Source: an uncultured Pseudomonadales bacterium
GTDB taxonomy: Bacteria > Patescibacteriota > Microgenomatia > UBA1400 > PJMF01
Direction: 5' to 3'
NCBI GenBank assembly: GCA_964515115.1
Contig: CAZESB010000001.1
Span: 48,292-112,291 of the forward strand
DNA length: 64,000 bases
Part shown: positions 58,297-64,000 of the stretch, piece after piece
Layout of the letters: every line of letters begins with the position of its first letter
Position numbering within the stretch: position 1 is the first letter of the stretch
Program-made: the position numbers and the translations under genes
The notes under the pieces: generated by a model
Told to the model about the DNA's origin: nothing
Database searches by the model: none
Seen by the model: the letters and a program-made list of their open reading frames with translations, nothing else

Positions 58297-58911
58297 TCAC
58301 AATCGATTTTCCCTCGCTTTAATCAACTCCTCAGCAATCTTTTTCGCCTCCTCATGCCTGAACCTAGGCAGTCGCAACTTATAAATGCTGTGCTGCATAA
58401 AGCGCTTTTCGTCTGCTGGCGAAAGAGTGGGAGTAACCCGCTCAACGTCAAGCATGCCCAGGGTGTCGGCTTCCATCAGTAGTAGCTCATCCTCATCTTT
58501 CAGCTCACGGACTTGGTCGTGAACCGCCACCAGATGAACAATCCGCCATTTCTGCCGGTCAGTAAAGTAATTATTGAGGCGCTGATAAAGCAGCTGCTCG
58601 ATTTTCTCGGCTCCGCGCTGCATGTGCAGTTTTTTTCTGTCGATAATATTGTTGAGCCAGCGCGAATCAGCATCCGCAAACAAACCAGCGTAACCCCAGT
58701 CATGAGCGTAGGCCGCGGTAATTAAGACTGCCGGATCCAGATCGGGGCTGTCAAACCCATCAAGGTTATCAAGCCTGGCAAGCAGCTCTTTCAGCCAATA
58801 AACTACCGCTTCAGTGTGGGGTTTATCATAATCTTTACGCCCCTGATTAGCCAAATCTTTGAGAATAATTTGCCGCAGCAACTGCTCAGCCTTGGGTTTT
58901 ATTTGTTTCAC
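58297..58911 (-). CDS. HD domain protein
   Basis: HT..V, AHDWGY, H..HD, EADTL. Confidence 0.85.
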   Translation of the reverse strand: MKQIKPKAEQLLRQIILKDLANQGRKDYDKPHTEAVVYWLKELLARLDNLDGFDSPDLDPAVLITAAYAHDWGYAGLFADADSRWLNNIIDRKKLHMQRGAEKIEQLLYQRLNNYFTDRQKWRIVHLVAVHDQVRELKDEDELLLMEADTLGMLDVERVTPTLSPADEKRFMQHSIYKLRLPRFRHEEAKKIAEELIKARENRL

Positions 58912-59089
58912 TAAATAGTAGTATAACCCATTGTTCGGTTAGGTTATACTAAGCCCATCATGATTAAAGCTAGCTTGCGATGGCAAAGCCATTATTCCAC
59001 TTCCTGATTTTTTTCTGCCTGAATAAAGCCGCGCCAGAGCGGTTAAAGTTTTAAGTTTAATTTGAATTTATAATCAGCAAAGGAGAAGC

Positions 59090-60406
59090 ATGAAAAAAGA
59101 TCAAGTTTTTGCCATTATTAAAAAAGAAGAGCAGCGCCAGCGGGAAATGATTGGGCTGATTCCTTCCGAGAACCATATTTCCCCCGAAGTATCCAGCGTT
59201 TTAAGCAGCGTGCTTTCCAGTAAGTATGCCGAAGGTTATCCGGGTCGCCGCTACTACGAAGGCAACCAATTTGTCGACGAAATTGAGAATTTGGCCCGCG
59301 ATAGAGTAAAAAAATTGTTCAATGTGCCGTATGTCAATGTTCAACCTTATTCCGGTTCTCCGGCTAATAGTGCTATTTATTTTGCTCTGCTTGAACCTGG
59401 AGATACTATTCTTGGTCTGAAGTTGGCGATGGGAGGGCATCTGACTCATGGGCATCCTCAGGTGACTTTTTCCGGCCGCTATTACCAAGCTGTACAGTAC
59501 GGGGTAGATAAGCATGCTAGAGTGGATTTTGCCGAGGTTCGCCGCCTGGCTAAGCAGCATCAGCCGAAGATTATTGTAGCCGGCAACACTGCTTATCCGT
59601 TTGAGCTGGATTTCAAAAAGTTCCGCGAGATTGCCGATGAAGTTGGTGCTTGGTTGATGGCGGATATTTCGCATATTACCGGTTTGGTGGTGGCAGGGGA
59701 GCATCTCTCACCCGTGCCTTATGCCGACGTGATTATGACCACCACTCACAAAACTTTTCGCGGACCGCGGGGTGCCATGATCATGGCTACTGAGAGAGGC
59801 ATGAAACGCGACTCCAAACTGGGGCAAAAAATAGACGCCGCCATTATTCCCGGGTTGCAAGGCGGACCGCATAATGCCACTACAGCTGGTATTGCTGTGG
59901 CAGCGGCAGAGGCGATGCGGCCAGAATTTATAACCTATGGCAAGCAGGTACGCCGAAATGCCACCGCTTTAGCCGAGCGCTTGATGAGTCACGGCTTGCA
60001 GTTGGTGGGCGGTGGCACCGAAACTCACTTGATGGTGGTAGACTTGACCAATTATGGTGATGGTTTTGGCACCCAAGTGGCTTACGCTCTGGACGTAGCC
60101 GGTATGTACGCTAACCGCAACACTGTGCCTCACGAGCCTTGCTCGCCGTTTTATCCTTCGGGCTTGAGGTTGGGCACTCCACTGGTTACCACCAGAGGCA
60201 TGAAAGAAAAAGAAATGGTGCAGATTGCTGACTGGATTTATGCAGTTGTTGAGCAGATTAAAGATGAGCAGTTGCCTGCAGATAAAAAAGAATGGGGCAA
60301 GTTTATCAAAGACTTTAAAGCCCGGGCTGGTAAAAACAAAGCTTTGCTGAAAATCCGGCAAGAGGTGAAAATGATGGCGGAGAAGTATCCGCTTTTTACT
60401 TGGTAA
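59090..60406 (+). CDS. glyA: serine hydroxymethyltransferase
   Basis: LIPSEN, YAEGYPG.RYY, GGHLTHG, TTTHKTFRGPRG. Confidence 0.98.
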   Translation: MKKDQVFAIIKKEEQRQREMIGLIPSENHISPEVSSVLSSVLSSKYAEGYPGRRYYEGNQFVDEIENLARDRVKKLFNVPYVNVQPYSGSPANSAIYFALLEPGDTILGLKLAMGGHLTHGHPQVTFSGRYYQAVQYGVDKHARVDFAEVRRLAKQHQPKIIVAGNTAYPFELDFKKFREIADEVGAWLMADISHITGLVVAGEHLSPVPYADVIMTTTHKTFRGPRGAMIMATERGMKRDSKLGQKIDAAIIPGLQGGPHNATTAGIAVAAAEAMRPEFITYGKQVRRNATALAERLMSHGLQLVGGGTETHLMVVDLTNYGDGFGTQVAYALDVAGMYANRNTVPHEPCSPFYPSGLRLGTPLVTTRGMKEKEMVQIADWIYAVVEQIKDEQLPADKKEWGKFIKDFKARAGKNKALLKIRQEVKMMAEKYPLFTW

Positions 60407-60441
60407 GCTTGTATCGGTAGAGGAAGCGAAAGGTTAAGAGC

Positions 60442-61326
60442 ATGTTAAAAAGAAAAATTGGCGCCCATGTTTCCACTGCCGGTGGTTATTACAAGGCGGC
60501 AGAGCGGGCAGCGACAATTGGCGCCAACTGTGCGCAAATTTTTTCCAGCAGCCCACGGGTTTGGAATGGCGCCTGGGAGCAGAAGCTGGATTTGGCTAAA
60601 TATCGGGAAGAAATAGAAAAATACGGTATCGAGCCGGTTTTTACTCACGCGCTTTATTTGGTGAATTTGGCTTCAGCCAATCCGGTTCAAGTGGAAAAAT
60701 CTGTGGCCGCCCTGAAACAGGAGCTGGGTTTTGATAGCGCTATCAGTGGTGGCGGCGTGATTGTCCATCTTGGTAGCCACCTCGGCAAAGGTTGGACAGC
60801 GGTGCGAGAACAAGTCGCCCAGGCAATTAAGGCAATTTTGGCTGATACCCCTAAGAACTCAACTTTTTTGATAGAAAACTCGGCCGGACAGAACGGTAAA
60901 GTCTGCAGCGATCTGACTGAAATCCGCTGGCTGCTTGATCAAATCAATTCCTCGAGACTGGGTTGGTGTGTTGATACTTGTCACGCTTTCGCGGCTGGTT
61001 TTGAGCTTGGCGTTAAGAAAAGTGGGGTAGGGCACCAAAAATTTTCCGCTTGTTCGGGCAATTTAGTTGAAGCCATTAGCGACCTTAATCTTTGGGAAAC
61101 TCTCCAGTGTGTCCACGTCAATGATAGCAAGGGTGATTTCGGTTCTGGTATAGACAGACACGAAAATTTGCTGGAGGGAAAAATTCCCGCTGAAGATTTC
61201 CAATACTTGCTCAATCACCCCAAAATCAAAAATCTGCCTTTAATCTTAGAAGTACCCGGCCTCAAAGGGGAAGGACCGGATGCGGAAAACATCTCCCGCC
61301 TCAAGGACTTGGTTAGGGAAAATTAG
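60442..61326 (+). CDS. nfo: endonuclease IV
   Basis: GAHVS, ENSAG, DTCHAF, HVNDSK, DRHEN. Confidence 0.95.
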   Translation: MLKRKIGAHVSTAGGYYKAAERAATIGANCAQIFSSSPRVWNGAWEQKLDLAKYREEIEKYGIEPVFTHALYLVNLASANPVQVEKSVAALKQELGFDSAISGGGVIVHLGSHLGKGWTAVREQVAQAIKAILADTPKNSTFLIENSAGQNGKVCSDLTEIRWLLDQINSSRLGWCVDTCHAFAAGFELGVKKSGVGHQKFSACSGNLVEAISDLNLWETLQCVHVNDSKGDFGSGIDRHENLLEGKIPAEDFQYLLNHPKIKNLPLILEVPGLKGEGPDAENISRLKDLVREN

Positions 61327-61352
61327 CAACCTCTAGTACAATACATAACCTG

Positions 61353-62276
61353 ATGCATATTTTTGACGGCCGAACCACAGCTATGCGTTTGGAAACCGCC
61401 CTGCAAAAACGGGTGGAAAAACTGCGCTCTGAAAACAAAAAAATCAAGGTCGCCGCTGTCCTTTTCCATGAAGATGTTGGTAGCCGTTTTTATTCTGAAT
61501 ACAAGCGCCTAGCCGCCGAGAGAGTTGGTATCGCTTATGAATTGCATGCTTTTTCGATTGCCACGCCCATAGCTGTGGTCATGGCCACTATTGAAAATCT
61601 CAACCAAGACCAGACTGTGACAGGGATAATTATTCAAAAACCTACAGGCAGAATTTGGCGGCAGCACAATCCGCAACCACAATACTCTTATGGTGAGTGG
61701 TGGGAAAGGCTCTACCAAGCAGTGGATTTTAACAAAGACGTGGACGGCCTTCATCCCACCACCATGGCTGCCATTGAAAATGGTACTTGGCAGGAGGAGG
61801 GTAGAGTACTGCCAGCTACCGTTCGGGCGGTTCAAAAAGTGATGCAAAGTCCTGAATTTCAGGCCATCACTAATGAAAACAGCCAATACTTGATTATTGG
61901 CAAGTCGGATCTTCTGGGCAAGCCGCTTTATCACCTGCTCAAACACCAGGGGAGAGCAGTGGAGATGATCGGCAAAAAAGGTTTTGCTGCTAGGATGAAA
62001 TCAGGCCAAAAACTTACAGATGCTGATGTGATTATTACCGCCACCGGGCGGGAATACTTGGTCACCGGAGAGATGATTAAAAAAGGAGCGGCGCTAATTG
62101 ATGTCGGTGAACCGCGGCCAGACCTGGATCAAAAAAGCCTGGCGGAAAAAGCCGCTTTTATTACGCCAGTGCCAGGCGGTGTGGGGCCGCTAACAGTAGT
62201 GAGTTTGTTGGAAAACGCGGTGGCGCTCTATCAATTATGTTATAATACACCTCTGAATACTAAGTATTGCGGATGA
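61353..62276 (+). CDS. folD: methylene-THF dehydrogenase/cyclohydrolase
   Basis: KDVDGLH, GKS..GKP, ITPVPGGVGPLT. Confidence 0.92.
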   Translation: MHIFDGRTTAMRLETALQKRVEKLRSENKKIKVAAVLFHEDVGSRFYSEYKRLAAERVGIAYELHAFSIATPIAVVMATIENLNQDQTVTGIIIQKPTGRIWRQHNPQPQYSYGEWWERLYQAVDFNKDVDGLHPTTMAAIENGTWQEEGRVLPATVRAVQKVMQSPEFQAITNENSQYLIIGKSDLLGKPLYHLLKHQGRAVEMIGKKGFAARMKSGQKLTDADVIITATGREYLVTGEMIKKGAALIDVGEPRPDLDQKSLAEKAAFITPVPGGVGPLTVVSLLENAVALYQLCYNTPLNTKYCG

Positions 62277-62360
62277 TGCGGACAACAGTCCTGACTTTTC
62301 CCTCCATTCGCACGCTGCTCTCCGGATAAAATAAACCGGTTAGCAGGAAATAAGGACAAT
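62241..62360 (+). promoter_or_regulatory. rpsB promoter and structured leader
   Basis: TG-T-TATAAT at 62241; CTGCT-CCGG/CCGG-AGCAG hairpin at 62315-62346. Confidence 0.4.
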
Positions 62361-63101
62361 ATGAAAGGTGTCATCACCTCAACTTTATTGAAAAATCTGG
62401 ATTTGCCAGACAAAGCTCCTGAATATGACTTGAGAGAATTGCTCGATTATGGCATGCATTTTGGTCATCAGAAAGCCAAATGGTTCCCCAAAATGGCAGA
62501 GTGGATTTACATAGAAAAAGATGGGGTTCACATTTTTGACCTCGAGAAAACGGCTGCTCAACTGCAACTGGCCTACAATTATTTTTACCATCTGGGCAGA
62601 ACCGGCAAAACCGTCATTATGGTTGGCACCAAGCGCCAGGCTTCACCAACCATTGAAGAAGTGGCCGAGGCAAACAAGATGATGCATATTACCGCTCGCT
62701 GGCTGGGTGGTTTCTTGACTAATTGGGAGCAGGTGCAGCAGTCCCTCAACAAGATGCTCAAATTGGAAAAAGGCTTGAGCGAAGGCACCTATAGCAAGTA
62801 CACTAAGTATGAGCAAGTGCAGTTGGAAAAAGAGCTGAATAGATTGAGGCGATTTTTTGCCGGGGTCAAGGAGCTTAAGGGCAAGCCAGATGCTTTGTTT
62901 GTCGTTGATCCAAAGCGCGAAAAAATTGCTGTCAGCGAGGCTCAAGCTATGGGCGTGCCGGTGGTGGCGATTGTCGATTCTAATACTGATCCAACCGGCA
63001 TTGATCTGGTGATCCCGGCCAATGACGACGCTTTGAAAAGCATTAAATTTGTGGTGGAGCAACTGGCAGCAGCTTACTCGGCGGGTAAAAATAAGCAATA
63101 A
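62361..63101 (+). CDS. rpsB: 30S ribosomal protein S2
   Basis: GMHFGH, VGTK, RWLGGFLTN, IPANDD. Confidence 0.97.
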   Translation: MKGVITSTLLKNLDLPDKAPEYDLRELLDYGMHFGHQKAKWFPKMAEWIYIEKDGVHIFDLEKTAAQLQLAYNYFYHLGRTGKTVIMVGTKRQASPTIEEVAEANKMMHITARWLGGFLTNWEQVQQSLNKMLKLEKGLSEGTYSKYTKYEQVQLEKELNRLRRFFAGVKELKGKPDALFVVDPKREKIAVSEAQAMGVPVVAIVDSNTDPTGIDLVIPANDDALKSIKFVVEQLAAAYSAGKNKQ

Positions 63102-63132
63102 AAGTAACTGGAAAAATCAAAGGAAAACTAAA

Positions 63133-63594
63133 ATGGCAACTTACACAATCAAAGAAATCAAGCAACTGCGCGAAGAAACCGGCGCGGGGATGATGGATTG
63201 CAAAAAAGCTCTTGAGGAAGCTAACGGCAATTATGCCAAGGCCAAGGAGATCGTTCGCCAAAAAGGTCTGGCTAGGGCAGAGAAGAAGGCTGATCGGGTG
63301 GCCGCGGAAGGCTATATTGCCAGCTATGTCCACGGTAACAACCAAGTGGCAGCGCTGGTGGAAATCCTCTGCGAAACCGATTTTGTAGCTCGCAACAGTG
63401 ATTTTCAGGCTATGGCCAAAGATGTGGCCATGCAAGTGGTGGCCATGAATCCAGCGAATATTGAGGAGCTAATGGGGCAGGATTTTATCAAGGATCCTGC
63501 TATTACGGTGGAAACTGTGGTTAAGGAAACCAGCGGCAAGATTGGTGAAAAATTTGTGGTTAACCGGTTTGTGAGGTATGAGGTGGGAGAGTAG
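63133..63594 (+). CDS. tsf: elongation factor Ts (short, 153 aa)
   Basis: LREETGAGMMDCKKAL, CETDFVA. Confidence 0.95.
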   Translation: MATYTIKEIKQLREETGAGMMDCKKALEEANGNYAKAKEIVRQKGLARAEKKADRVAAEGYIASYVHGNNQVAALVEILCETDFVARNSDFQAMAKDVAMQVVAMNPANIEELMGQDFIKDPAITVETVVKETSGKIGEKFVVNRFVRYEVGE

Positions 63595-63610
63595 GGTAAA
63601 AAAAGGAGCT

Positions 63611-63823
63611 ATGACAGACAGGGAAAAAGAAAGAGGCAGACCACTTACACCTAAAGAGAGAGCTCAACTTGGGATTGTGCGTCAAGTTACTGAACTTACA
63701 CTGGTAAATGCATATAATGATGATCAGGGGTCGAATTCGGATCAAGTTATGATAGCCTTAAGAACTCTTAGGGTTCTCCCTAAACCTCAAAGAGCTAATG
63801 AGGAAGATCTATCCTTACATTAA
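63611..63823 (+). CDS. small hypothetical protein
   Basis: AAGGAG SD before ATG 63611. Confidence 0.45.
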   Translation: MTDREKERGRPLTPKERAQLGIVRQVTELTLVNAYNDDQGSNSDQVMIALRTLRVLPKPQRANEEDLSLH

Positions 63824-63876
63824 TTGAGATTCTCTACGAAACTGATTTTGAAAGTTAGAATAAAATTTATCTGTTT

Positions 63877-63999
63877 TCAAATTATCAACATCGCGTCCCC
63901 AAATGAGTAAAATCTGTATTCATTTTCGATAGCTTGAGCATAAGCTTGGCCCACAGTCGAGGTCTGAAAATCCTCAAACTTGTGTGGGGTATTTGGCGC
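63877..63999 (-). CDS. queA: QueA C-terminus (partial)
   Basis: AYAQAIENEYRFYSFGDAMLII* read manually on the minus strand. Confidence 0.88.
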   Translation of the reverse strand, partial: APNTPHKFEDFQTSTVGQAYAQAIENEYRFYSFGDAMLII

Positions 64000-64000
64000 C

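Noticed and set aside
58960-59050. ZTP riboswitch before glyA
   Set aside because: Only loose resemblance; the conserved GACTGGCG and CGCCTGGG pseudoknot elements are absent
1-64000. Genetic code 25 (TGA=Gly), CRISPR arrays, inteins/introns, prophage or IS elements
   Set aside because: Conserved genes end at TGA at expected lengths; no repeat-spacer array, interrupted gene, integrase or transposase seen

Overview
Gene-dense, standard-genetic-code bacterial chromosome segment with about 75 CDS and 2 tRNAs. I found no rRNA, CRISPR array, integrase or transposase. Gene content and protein style (short EF-Ts, divergent L28/L31, N-terminally truncated MurF, tRNAs without encoded CCA, many Q/E-rich hypotheticals) suggest a CPR/Patescibacteria genome, probably Microgenomates; this is inference, not a database result. 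Housekeeping blocks: fmt-def-rpmB; mreBC(D)-pbp2/murF; dprA-topA; a thymidylate cluster (thyA, dcd, DHFR, dut, MazG-like, tmk); recR; hpf; cysS; purA; ychF-rpsF-ssb-rpsR; ctpA-htrA; prfA-rpmE; hisS; dnaB; lgt-lspA-rluA; glyA-nfo-folD; rpsB-tsf; partial queA. Most interesting signals: (1) an unannotated transcription unit upstream of hisS, with a near-consensus sigma70 promoter, a leaderless His-His-x-x-His peptide, a 105-nt rod and mutually exclusive antiterminator/terminator pairings (His attenuator or mini 6S-like RNA); (2) an AT-rich operon with a long leader encoding a Cys-His-Asp acyltransferase-fold/NUDIX-like fusion plus a hydrolase; (3) an Lgt lacking nearly all canonical catalytic residues next to an intact LspA; (4) a split or tandem MazG-like protein inside the thymidylate cluster; (5) pervasive leaderless gene starts; (6) a paralogous pair of small proteins flanking an uncharacterised coiled-coil cluster and cysS.
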